Assembly (NCBI RefSeq): GCF_006345805.1
Contig: NW_021836185.1
Span: 1-24,978 of the forward strand
Length of the DNA: 24,978 nucleotides
Reading direction: 5' to 3'
Origin: Octopus sinensis
Taxonomy: Eukaryota
The notes beneath the pieces were generated by a model. It searched no databases. It saw only the letters and a program-made list of their open reading frames with translations, and was not told the origin of the DNA. A program made the position numbers and the translations under genes. Positions 1-9,496 of this stretch are shown piece by piece. Within the stretch, counting starts at the first letter, position 1; each line of letters opens with the position of its first letter.

Positions 1-836
1 CCATGCTGTGTGACTGAGCCTAAAACAGCTTGCTTTGGGGCACACATCTTAAACATAAGCCATCTATCTATATACTTGTGTGTGAGTGCATGTGTGCAAT
101 ATAAATATGTGTGATATATACATGTGAGTGTGTGTTTGTGTGTGAGACTATGTGCATACAAACATTCATAGAGACATATCAAGAAACCTATCCATTTCTG
201 CTATTCATGTTGTTTTAATTGTTGAAATTGCTATTATGTCTTTATTATAGATTTTGATCCCTGCCAATGTCAATTTGTTCATTTTCTTCACAACTCTCAT
301 TTACTAATTTGTTTAATATGTTTCATATATCCCTCTCCTCTAAAATATCAGAACTACTATAAATTCTTAGTGATATTAAGCAATATTCTTCAGTACTCAA
401 CAAGAACTTCTGATGAAACGTTGATTGATAAAAGATTGTGTAAATTCACTCTTTCAGAACCATTTTATGGTTGTCAACAAAATGTGTAAAGATTTGTAAT
501 TAAATAATTTCAAATAAAATTCTCCAGTTTTATACTTTGTATCCATATTACGGGGCCATTATGACTAGTAAACTTATAACATGAAATTTTACATAACACA
601 AATTTTCTTTCCAGGATTCCATTTTGGAGTATAATGTTTCACATGGTGTTCTAACTCATTGGTTACATGTCATGCACTTTAATAGGCACTTAATAAACAT
701 ATATATGTGTGAGTGTGCATATATGTGTTTATGTGTGTGTGTGTAAGTATGCATATATGTACTTATATACAGTTTTTATATTTTCCTGTTTCTTAATATA
801 ATGTTTTTGCTAATTTTTTTCTTTTTTATTTATTGA

Positions 837-1120
837 CTACCGTTTTTTCCTCAGTTTAGGTGTATTATCACAGCTGGCATCCTGACTGCTGCAGCTACTA
901 CTGCTCCCAGGAAGAGATCTGTCCCCAAACAGTGATGATGAAGAAGGAGAGGGCAATGAAGAAGATTGTGTGGGAGAATCTGGATCTGTAGAATTGCATC
1001 CTGGGCCACCAATTGTTGACCACATACTTCCAGCCCCTGTATGACCAAGACCACGGATAATACATACAATAATAAACATTGGAAGAAGTACTGGAAGCAG
1101 CAAATACATCATCGGGTCAT
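837..1120 (-). CDS. Putative terminal coding exon of an unidentified host membrane protein (hydrophobic segment, then Ser-rich tail ending KLRKKR)
   Basis: On the minus strand a strong polypyrimidine tract and AG (ctttcttctttttctctgctttcag, AG at 1122-1121) precede an open frame (x)AT-GAC-CCG-ATG-ATG: DPMMYLLLPVLLPMFIIVCIIRGLG...KLRKKR, stop at 839-837, AATAAA at 834-829. GC content is higher than the flanks. Family not recognised, and no convincing upstream exon found. Confidence 0.4.
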
Positions 1121-2109
1121 CTGAAAGCAGAGAAAAAGAAGAAAGATTAATGGTCAGAATATATCCATGAAAAACAAGGTTAATCAGGTTTAGTAGCTAA
1201 ATAAAAATAGAAGTTAATGCATCCTAGAGTAATTCTGGAGAAAGTAGAGACTAAACGTTATCTTATCTTGTGACACAACAGCACATAGGACCATCTTAAA
1301 TGCAAGTGCAACATGTTGGTCTTGAGCCTCAATACTGATGGGGTTTTAGGGGCACCATCAAGACATATACATCTGAAAAAGTGAGAAAGTGCAATAGGGA
1401 CAAAGAAGTGGAAAACTCCAGTATTGGCCTGATATTTTATCAATCTAAAAAGAAACAAATGCTAAAAGGCATTCTTTCCAATTCTCTATAAACTTCGCCT
1501 TAAATGAAATTTACACCATCACAGACAATTAAAAATTCCAATGTCATGACAAATGATGTTGTAAGGAGGATAAATAATCTTTGTGCGTTTCAAATTTTAT
1601 TTCAATACCTTAACAACATTATGGGTTGTAGGGGGAGTGAATAGACACTTTGGTGTCTGTTGGATGCACTTTGCCATGGATGGTCAGATGCACAGGGATC
1701 ACTTGCCTTTATTCAACTCCTAGTCTCTCACTTGCTGGCTCCTACCACCATACACCAGTACCCCACTTCAGTTGAACGAAACAAAGGGATGGTGTTAACA
1801 GGAGTCAATGACCTAGTGTTTGGGGCAAAAGCATATCTCAGGTAGAAGCATATGGTTGGGCTAACAGTTCGAAGAGGAATGGATGCTCCCAAGCTAATTT
1901 GCCAGTGATACATTAATGATGATGGTAACCAGATTAGAACCCATAGCCAAATTGGTTGTCACCCATGATATCAAGAGAGGACAGGCCTCAATTTTTTCAT
2001 GGAGCCCTGGCAACCTTTGACCTTTTCAACTCAATATTTACATGCTATTATTTACAGTTTTATGTGATGTGCCTGAAGAGCAAATGTTCCCAAAAAGGAT
2101 TATATATGA

Positions 2110-2205
2110 CACACAAACTCATGTGTATGTGTGTGTGAATGTATATATCTATGTGCGTGTGTATGCATATTTATATATACACATATATAGGTATATATAT
2201 ATACT

Positions 2206-2238
<33 letters not shown>

Positions 2239-2335
2239 GTATATATATACATATATCAAAACATGTGGATAAGAAAGCAGACTTCCTGATCGAATTTCTA
2301 CATGTTTCAGCCTGGCGGCAAAATACAAGTATGTA

Positions 2336-2375
<40 letters not shown>

Positions 2376-2407
2376 TATGTATGTATGTGTATACATGTAT
2401 ATATATA
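2110..2407. repeat. Compound (TA)n/(CA)n/(TG)n microsatellites
   Basis: Dinucleotide runs are directly visible and explain the Y/I/H/T/C/V-rich ORFs. Confidence 0.9.
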
Positions 2408-3165
2408 TAATTAATAAATCTTAGGGTAGCAAAATTTAGAAAACTTCTTTGCTACCAGTCGTCTAGCGAGAAGAAAAAATTAGTCAATAGACTATATATC
2501 ATTCATATAAAATACAGTGTACATTTAAACACATAAGAGATGGCCATAAAAGATAGGTTAAGTGTTTTTATTTTTCATTCCCTTTCAGAATTACAACTAT
2601 TAGTGGTTTGTAGTTTAACTACTCTTTCTAGTGAGTCAGATAGCCTGTTATGACCATCTTTTTTTAAATGTTTAAATGTACGCTGTTTTTTTATATGATT
2701 AATATATAGTCTATTGACTCATTTTTTCTTCTCGCTAGACCACTGGCAGCAAAGAATTTTTCTAAAGTTTTTTGCTACCCTAAGATTTATTAATTAATGA
2801 TAAAAGGTTCTTTGGCTAATTTTGAAAGAAAATCGGCACTTGTATTTGTTGCCGAAAAAACTGCGTGTGCGCGGTGGATTTTGAAAAATTGTAACATAAA
2901 CACAAGGCATGTTCTTTATCGTCTCATATCTATATGTTAGCCTTGGCTTCCTGCTGAAGAGAGCTTCGCCAATTGTAAATTATTTTATTTACAAAAGTTT
3001 GCTCGAAACTATGCATAGTTCATGAAATATAAGGTAAATGTATTTAATTTTCATTCCCTTTCAGAATTACAACTATTAGTGGTTTGTAGTTTAACTACTC
3101 TTTCTAGCAAGTCAGATGGCCTGTTATGACCATCTCTTATGTGTTTATATGTACACTGTATTTTT
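2408..3165 (+). mobile_element. Non-autonomous Penelope-like element relic: inverted plus partial direct repeat (pseudo-LTR type) carrying a hammerhead
   Basis: 2408-2549 is an inverted copy of 2648-2796. 2572-2690 is directly repeated at 3048-3165 (offset about 476). A hammerhead motif at 2941-3034 lies just before the second copy. Inverted/partial-tandem pseudo-LTRs with hammerheads are established PLE features. Confidence 0.65.
2941..3034 (+). ncRNA. Type I hammerhead ribozyme motif with extended helix II
   Basis: CTGAAGA 2954-2960; helix II GAGC 2961-2964 / GCTC 3001-3004 enclosing a ttgtaaat/atttacaa hairpin; GAAAC 3005-3009; 12-nt palindromic helix III actatgcatagt 3008-3019; cleavage triplet GUU; helix I ttcctg/catgaa (one mismatch) plus distal cctt/aagg. 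Confidence 0.7.
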
Positions 3166-3219
3166 GTGTGTATATATACATATATATATATGCTTTATTT
3201 AAAAGCAGCAGAAATATAA

Positions 3220-3268
3220 CAAAAGCTGTTACTCAGAGTTTCACATTCCCGTTTGTCAGACAGTTTTG
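3220..3268 (-). ncRNA. Degenerate minimal type I hammerhead (PLE pseudo-LTR type)
   Basis: Minus strand reads caaaactgt-CTGACAA-acgggaatgt-GAAAC-tctga-GTA-acagcttttg. Helices I and III pair, but the core has A in place of conserved G8 (CUGANGA), so it is probably inactive. Confidence 0.55.
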
Positions 3269-3600
3269 TTAAAATAGAACAGAAATAATGATATCAAAAC
3301 TAGTTAAAGGATACACCTTTAAAAATGGATTTGTTTCATTGGTCCTTTCAAATAATGGTCTTAAGCATGCAATGAACAAAATAAACAAAATAAATGAATT
3401 CAATATAAATTCATCCTATTATAAAAATCGAGGAAAAACCTTAAATCGAAGAGTGGATTCAAAATATGGATTGCAAATAATTATATATGAAATATAATTC
3501 GATTAATACAATTAATACATTAAAAATTAAAATTTTCACGCTGCATTACATAAATATATTGCAACAGTATATACGCATACTAAACCATCAATATACATAT

Positions 3601-3993
3601 ACTAGCAGTATCGCCCGGCGTTGCTCGGGTTGTAAGGGAAATAACTATATAAGCATTTTTAGAGAGTTATAGCCAAAAAATAGCAAAAAAATGCATTAAA
3701 AATTGAAAAAAAATTAAGGTAAATTTTTTTTTTTAAATCGTTGACACATCGTAGATATTTTTAGAGAGTTACTTCCCTTATATAAAAGCGAAAAAAATGC
3801 ATTAAAATGGAAAAATATGATGGTAAATTTTTTTTAAATCGTAGACTCATCGTAGACGCGCGCTAATACCCAGAAGGGCTCGATATGATCACGACTATAA
3901 GATACCCGCTTTTGGTTAAACTGCACCGCAAAATGTGGGAGTAGTTACGAATCTAAATCGTAGGAGACAGACACACACTTCACTCTTATATAA
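3601..3993 (-). mobile_element. Non-autonomous Helitron-type element
   Basis: The minus strand ends in a GC-rich hairpin (cccgagcaacgccggg, 3629-3614), a short spacer and CTAG|T (3605-3601), the canonical Helitron 3' terminus. There is an internal tandem duplication of about 100 bp (3654-3856) and a gacagacacacac tract near the other end. The 5' TC terminus is not clearly seen. Confidence 0.65.
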
Positions 3994-4789
3994 TGCTTTT
4001 TTTTTTCAGTCATAGAGTTAGATTTATGAAGGTCTTCAGTAGAAAATCCTTCGAATTCTGACTCGCTGCTTGATATAATGAATTCGTATCCATTTTTTGT
4101 CAGAATTACAAATTTTGAAAACACAATAGGAACAATTTCGGAAAAAATCTCCCATAATTCACGGAATTAAAATTACACTTCGACTTTTGTACAAAACTGT
4201 ATTTGAAGTGTTTACGAAGTATAATACGTGTTTTCATGAATGTACTAAAGAGATTTACTCTGATATTCTCATTTAAATATGAATAGGTAAATTCGAGCGG
4301 TTTGGTAACGAAAGGGTTTATATAAGTGTCGTCTGTTTATACATAAACACTGTTTCATACTTTCAGTTTAGTCTTCCTCAAATCACTCTGTCGCTATTTA
4401 CTCTCTTCCAAGAACATTTTCACTCACTCTTATCTGTTAGCTTGCCATACATTTTACTCATGTATCTATCAGCGTGATAGACAGAAACAAATATTACATC
4501 TAGTTTCACTTTATTCGTTGCACACTGTGTGTGTGCGTTTGCGTGTGCTGTAAACCAGACTAAGAAAAGCATTTGACATACACACCAGAATGTGAGTTTT
4601 CTGTAAATTTTGCTTAATTGGAGTTTAAATTTTAAAAACTGGACCTGGCAAAACCAGATGCATTCTACTCTTAAAAATGCTAGGTAAATTGTAATTGAAG
4701 AAATCCTATATTGTAGATTTCTATAAGTGACAAAGGTAGGCAGATAAAATCTGCCTTTTATAATAAGAGATACATCAAAATATACAGAT

Positions 4790-5410
4790 GGATATACACA
4801 GACTACATACATATGCAGACATATATATGTAAGACGTAAATATACACACAAATACATATATACATATGTATACATATGCATGCAATCATGCTCGCATGCA
4901 AAAATCATTTGGTGTATACATATAGACGAGAAGTAAATTTTAAAATGCAGAGAGGAAGAAAGAAAAAGCAAAGTAAGGAAGTAACAGTTAGTGAGAGAAA
5001 GAGGTAAGTGAGAGAAGTGGGGAGAGGCACGCCAAGACTCTATGCAAGTAACAAATAGGGGAAGATAAAATACTTTCCGTAAGGAAGGAAAAGAAATAAA
5101 GAAAGAAAGATGTGTAACGAACATACACAAAATAAAATCACGTATACATGTGTATACAAAAGTGTATATTAGCAATAAGTACACATATAAGAACATGTAT
5201 ATAAATATATGGAAATAAGTACGTAAATACACATCCACACAAATCCACATGAATACATGCATACATATACATCCATGTATGTATGTGCACAAGTATAAGA
5301 ATATACGCTTACTTACACATATACCATAGACGCATACATACGAATATATATGCATGCCAACAATACAAACATCCACATAAAAACATGTCTAGGTCCTGAC
5401 GTATATATAC
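4790..5410. repeat. Degenerate CA/TA-rich low-complexity region
   Basis: Decayed acatac/atatac repeats account for much of the 318-aa ORF 4420-5376. Confidence 0.6.
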
Positions 5411-5726
5411 ACATAACATTATTTTTAAAAATTGCTGAATGCATAATAATAAAATTCGGATAAAAGGTATGCAAAATAGAACACCCTATATTGAATTATC
5501 TATGAATTAAACGATTAAAATGGGTTTATAAAATACAATAAAATGAAATAGAATAAAAACAGAATCTTAAACAAGAAAGTAATATTTGCATATAACAGTA
5601 GAAAGTTTTTCTTATGAAATATGTTGAATTATATACAATAACTTTGCGATGCAAAATAAATCATGCATAATAAGAAACAAATCCAACAGTGGGATTAAAA
5701 ACTAGTCCAAGAATTAAAAATATACA

Positions 5727-6384
5727 CTATCCATATGGTATGTTGCTAACCAACATTTCAAATTTAGCTGTGTGCCTGCAGGAATTCAAGAGTTCGCTTC
5801 TTTGATTTAAAGAGTTATTGTCCTGGAATAAAATGAATTATTTTTCCAGCAGGCATAAATCACATTTGATGGGTCTTTTATGTGCACTGTGCTGTAGGGT
5901 GAAGCTCTATCCAAAATACTCCATGTCACGTTCAAAGGTTGGGCTTCTTTTTCTTTTAATTCCCAGACATATTTTGCCAGGTTAGTCTTCGTCCTATTTT
6001 TGGGGTATCTGAAGGAATTTTTATGCGAATAAAGACGGGTTTTGAAAGAATTTTCAGAAGCCCCTGTATAAGTTCTATTTTCGCGTGAGCCTTCTATCTG
6101 CACCTTGGCTCTATACACGATTCTTTTCTCCAGACATTTTTCTTCCAATAGACAGGGGGACCCATCTTTGCAATTACAATTTTTAAGAAGAGAACCAGCA
6201 CTATGATTGTTAGCAATTATCCTACTGTTGTGTTGGTTAATAAAAGAGGCAAAGTTTTTGCAGCAAGATTAGCTAATCTTAAGAGTTCTATGAAATATTC
6301 TATAAAACTTATGGTCAGGTTGAAGATGTCTGGTGACTAATTTTAAGAATTCTCTACCTATAATTGTCTTTACAGCCATATTGA
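5727..6384 (-). pseudogene. Penelope-like retroelement 3' portion: RT-EN linker and GIY-YIG endonuclease, with frameshifts and stops
   Basis: Translated fragments: NMAVKTIIGREFLKLVTRHLQPDHKFYRIFHRTLKIS*SC, CNCKDGSPCLLEEKCLEKRIVYRAKV...TYTGASENSFKTRLYSHKNSF...LAKYVWELKEK...WSIL, and in another frame KCDLCLLEK*FILFQDNNSLNQRSELLNSCRH. These match the typical C-terminal PLE endonuclease motifs. Confidence 0.85.
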
Positions 6385-6885
6385 AAGCTATTGGGAAAGA
6401 CTCAAGAGATTGAAACTCTATTTCCTGGAGTGTAGGTGGGAAAGACATGCTGTAACATGCATTTGGAAGATCCTGGAGGGACATATCTGAAACTTTGGCA
6501 TTGAGAGTTACACTAATGCTAGAACAGGGCATTGCTGCATAGTGTCAAAGACCCCAACTTTGCCATCAAAATATAGGACAAGATATTGCAATAGCCTGGG
6601 CTTTAAAGGCACACAGCTCTTCAATATTCCTCTGAAGGACCTGAGAGACCTACATGCAGTGGATATAGATGTCTTCAAAACAAAACTGGATCTCTTACTG
6701 TCAAGAGTTGCAGATCAACAGACTTAACAGCAGGAAGTGCAGATGAGGGCAGTCATGAAATTCCTTCATGCAACAAATGTCAAGTTCTAAAAAGAACTAG
6801 TGAAGTAAAAATTATGTAGCAACACCAAATGGTAGTGCCCCAGCATGACCACAGCTCGTGAGCTGAAACTGGTTCAATTCAATTC
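6385..6885 (+). mobile_element. 5'-truncated CR1-group LINE fragment (ORF2 C-terminus and 3' UTR)
   Basis: Translates to SYWERLKRLKLYFLE...IWKILEG...SKTPTLPSKYRTRYCNSLGFKGTQLFNI..., co-linear with the C-terminus of ORF 12996-14459. The 3' UTR (caccaaatggtagtgccccagcatgaccacagctc...gctgaaactgg) matches the reverse complement of about 12930-12980. Confidence 0.88.
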
Positions 6886-6955
<70 letters not shown>

Positions 6956-6970
6956 CTATATATATATAAC
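6886..6970. repeat. (TA)n(TG)n microsatellite
   Basis: Directly visible. Confidence 0.95.
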
Positions 6971-7092
6971 ATAATTAGAAGATAAAATCATTAAAATTAA
7001 TAAATTTTATCAGTGGGTAGCATATAAAATCCTTTTAGGTAAAATACATTTACAGAGCTATATAACAGTACAGGGTATAATTATACTGAAGA

Positions 7093-7193
7093 GCACAAAA
7101 GCTATTATGCCTATATACTAAAGAACACACTGAATACGAGGTAGGACATATTCAATGTGTTCTTTCAGTATATAGGCATAATAGCTTTTGTGC
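7093..7193. repeat. Near-perfect inverted repeat (44-45 bp arms, 12-nt loop)
   Basis: gcacaaaagctattatgcctatatactaaagaacacactgaata (7093-7136) pairs with 7149-7193 with one mismatch and one bulge. Looser pairing extends to about 7068/7218. Confidence 0.9.
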
Positions 7194-7219
7194 CCTTAAT
7201 TATAAATGTACCCTATACA

Positions 7220-7261
<42 letters not shown>

Positions 7262-7547
7262 CTCTCTATTCTCTATCTATATATAGTATATATATATTAT
7301 ATATATATATATAATATATATATAAAATAATATTAGGGAGTATAACTACAAAGTTACAGGGAAAAATTCAATTTAGTATTAAATCAAATTTCACAATATG
7401 AAATATAAATTAGAGATAAAACCACTATTATGCAATCCAAACAATGATAGATATAAACCAAAACATAAATAACAAAAATATATTTTTATAAAACATATAA
7501 CTAGATCACAAAAAGTATAAAAATGAATAATCAATATCTAATAAGTA

Positions 7548-7640
7548 AAAAAACTACGTACGTTTCATGGCTATAATTAAATTTAAATATAATCAAAATG
7601 AATTCAATTTAAAATTATAGTCAATCTTCAATAATAGTTA
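7548..7640 (-). ncRNA. Degenerate type I hammerhead with long helix II, within an AT-rich PLE-like relic (about 7330-7980)
   Basis: Minus strand: TTGAAGA (7631-7625, C3 lost), a 58-nt helix II region with tgactataatt/aattatagcca and ttaaat/atttaa pairing, GAAAC (7566-7562), palindromic acgtacgt helix III and a GUA triplet. Helix I is poorly paired. Confidence 0.45.
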
Positions 7641-7985
7641 AATAAGCAAATAGAGTTAAATAATATTTATTAAAAAAATAAATGAAATAATGATTTTTCT
7701 AATAGAAGAAACTCCATTAACTAAATTTGAAACTTAAAACATTAGGATCGGTTTCCTACAATACATTTATTGTTAAATATTTAAGGTAAAAAAATAGAGT
7801 AAATAGATAGAAAAATGTATTTATCTGTGAAGATATAATTTAGCTTAAAAACATTAATAAACTATAGAATATCTTTAACCTATACTCTAATATTTAATTA
7901 CCAAACTATTTAACAAAACAATCACTATTAATATGTTTACATTTTAGTTTGTATATCTTTAACCTATACTCTATAATTATACCTA

Positions 7986-8139
7986 TAATTTGTCAAAATA
8001 TTTTCGTCGCTTTAAGACTGCGATCTGTTCAGTGACGAAAATCTGTGATGCAGCACTGACAAAAATCTGAGATGCAGCACGGATTTTTGTCAGTGAACAG
8101 GTCGCGGTCTTAAAGCGACGAAAATATTTTGACAAATTA
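7986..8139. mobile_element. 154-bp fold-back element (MITE-like)
   Basis: 58-bp arms (7986-8043 and 8082-8139) with 4 mismatches. Can be read as TA|ATTTGTC...GACAAAT|TA, a possible TA target duplication. Contains an internal 23-bp direct repeat gac(g/a)aaaatctg(t/a)gatgcagcac. Confidence 0.6.
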
Positions 8140-8234
8140 AACTTAAATGTTGAAGTGAATCGAACGGCTTTTGTGTTTCTTAAATGGCTTACAAACACCT
8201 TCCACGCTGCAATTGTTGATATATATATATAATT

Positions 8235-8269
<35 letters not shown>

Positions 8270-8357
8270 TAATCACTAGTGTAATCAGTGAAACTACACA
8301 CGTGTCTGTACTGGCACGAAAGCTGGGGTTAGTTTCACCGTTTACATTACAATGAAC

Positions 8358-8434
8358 GGATGCACTGAAGAAGCATGGACATTTGAATTACATAAGTAAT
8401 TCTCTTGTTAAGGGTGAAACTGAGGTATGCATTT
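8358..8434 (+). ncRNA. Type I hammerhead ribozyme, copy 1 (partly decayed)
   Basis: ggatgca-CTGAAGA (8365-8371)-agc...ggt-GAAAC (8416-8420)-tgag-GTA-tgcattt. Substitutions relative to copy 2 weaken helices II and III. Confidence 0.65.
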
Positions 8435-8881
8435 AATTCTGTTTTTTATATAAATTTTCATCTGTCATGCCCGCCAAAGTTGGTTCTGGTGTTCGCTGTA
8501 TTTCCTTGTAGTTTGATCGTTGATGGTCTATTTCTAGCATACGGCCGACTCCCTAGCAGTTAGCCCTGCCAATATACACATATATTAGAATTTTCTCTGA
8601 CTTCTCAGATTTTTGTATGCTGGACTACTGGTCTTAAATTGATATTAAAATTAATATTAATTTATCTCCCTCATTATTTAAATATTGAAATAAATACGTT
8701 CTCTAGTACTAAGCACCAACCGCAGTGAATTATTTACTGCAGCCTGTTGCCCCAGAAATTTACTAGCGCGCCAGAACCAAGACATTTGAAATTTTATCAC
8801 TAGTGTAATCAGTGAAACTACACACGTGTCTGTACTGGCACGAAAGCTGGGGTTAGTTTCACCGTTTACATTACAATGAAC

Positions 8882-8958
8882 GGATGCACTGAAGAAGCAC
8901 GGACATTTGAATTACGTAAGTAATTCTCTTGTTAAGGCTGAAACCAAGGTATGCATTT
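8882..8958 (+). ncRNA. Type I hammerhead ribozyme, copy 2 (core intact)
   Basis: Helix I ggatgca/tgcattt; CTGAAGA 8889-8895; helix II agc/gct, capped internally by gaattac-GTAA-gtaattc (7 bp plus GNRA tetraloop); GAAAC 8940-8944; short near-palindromic helix III acc-aa-ggt; GUA cleavage after 8951. Confidence 0.8.
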
Positions 8959-9089
8959 AATTCTGTCTTTTATATAAATTTTCATCTGTCATGCCCGCCA
9001 AAGTTGGTTCTGGTGTTCGCTGTATTTTTCCTCTAGAGAATTTCCTTGTAGTTTGATCGTTGATGGTCTATATATATATATATACATAT

Positions 9090-9360
9090 GAAGCATCAGT
9101 TGTGGTGTGCAAGAGAGACGTTTGCACTGGTATGGTCATGTGGCGAGAATGGATGAAGATAGTTGTGTGAAAAAGTGCCACACCCTAGCGGTTGAGGGAA
9201 CCTGTGGAAGAGGCAGACCCAGGAAAACCTGGGACGAGGTGGTGAAGCACAACCTTCGAACTTTAGGTCTCACTGAGGAAATGACTAGAGACCGAGACCT
9301 CTGGAAGTGTGCTGTGCGCGAGAGGACCCGGCAGGACAAGTGAGTCCATAACCCGTGGCC
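9090..9360 (+). mobile_element. Truncated RTE-clade LINE fragment (ORF C-terminus)
   Basis: QERRLHWYGHVARMDEDSCVKKCHTLAVEGTCGRGRPRKTWDEVVKHNL...RDRDLWK is the characteristic RTE-clade C-terminus (L.W.GHV.R ... RGRP..TW). No 3' tail is seen. Confidence 0.88.
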
Positions 9361-9496
9361 TTCTAAAAAAAGTAGCAGAACATACGCTAAAAGGGGAGTA
9401 ATTTCCCCTTTCAAATTTAATTCAAAATTTTTTCCAAATTTCTTCCAAACAATTTTTTCTTTTCTTATGACATCAAGGTGTTAATTATCTTAGGCT

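Larger units (their letters stand above)
8267..9070 (+). mobile_element. Retrozyme-like / non-autonomous PLE unit: 524-nt period, about 1.5 copies, one hammerhead per repeat, flanked by (TA)n
   Basis: 8272-8530 is repeated at 8796-9070 (offset 524; about 6 substitutions and one 16-nt indel). Both copies contain a hammerhead. (TA)n tracts lie at 8219-8266 and 9068-9084. No ORF. Confidence 0.75.

Noticed and set aside
330-400. Minus-strand CTGAAGA...GAAAC spacing with an internal aatatca/tgatatt stem, resembling a long-helix-II hammerhead
   Set aside because: Helices I and III cannot be paired; this may be chance in AT-rich DNA.
1258-1372. Possible upstream exon (good minus-strand acceptor at 1374-1373; CICLDGAPKTPSVLRLK...)
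   Set aside because: No convincing donor gives the phase needed to join the 1120 exon, and all frames hit stops before the best GT.
1640-2030. GC-richer, coding-looking island with 60-aa ORFs on both strands
   Set aside because: No recognisable motif or consistent splice sites; it may be an old TE fragment but cannot be assigned.
4420-5376. 318-aa ORF
   Set aside because: Composition (Y, I, C, V, M, F) follows from TG/TA low complexity; there are no domain motifs.
7868-7975. 21-bp direct repeat atatctttaacctatactcta at about 7870 and 7953
   Set aside because: A short local duplication in AT-rich relic DNA with no further structure.
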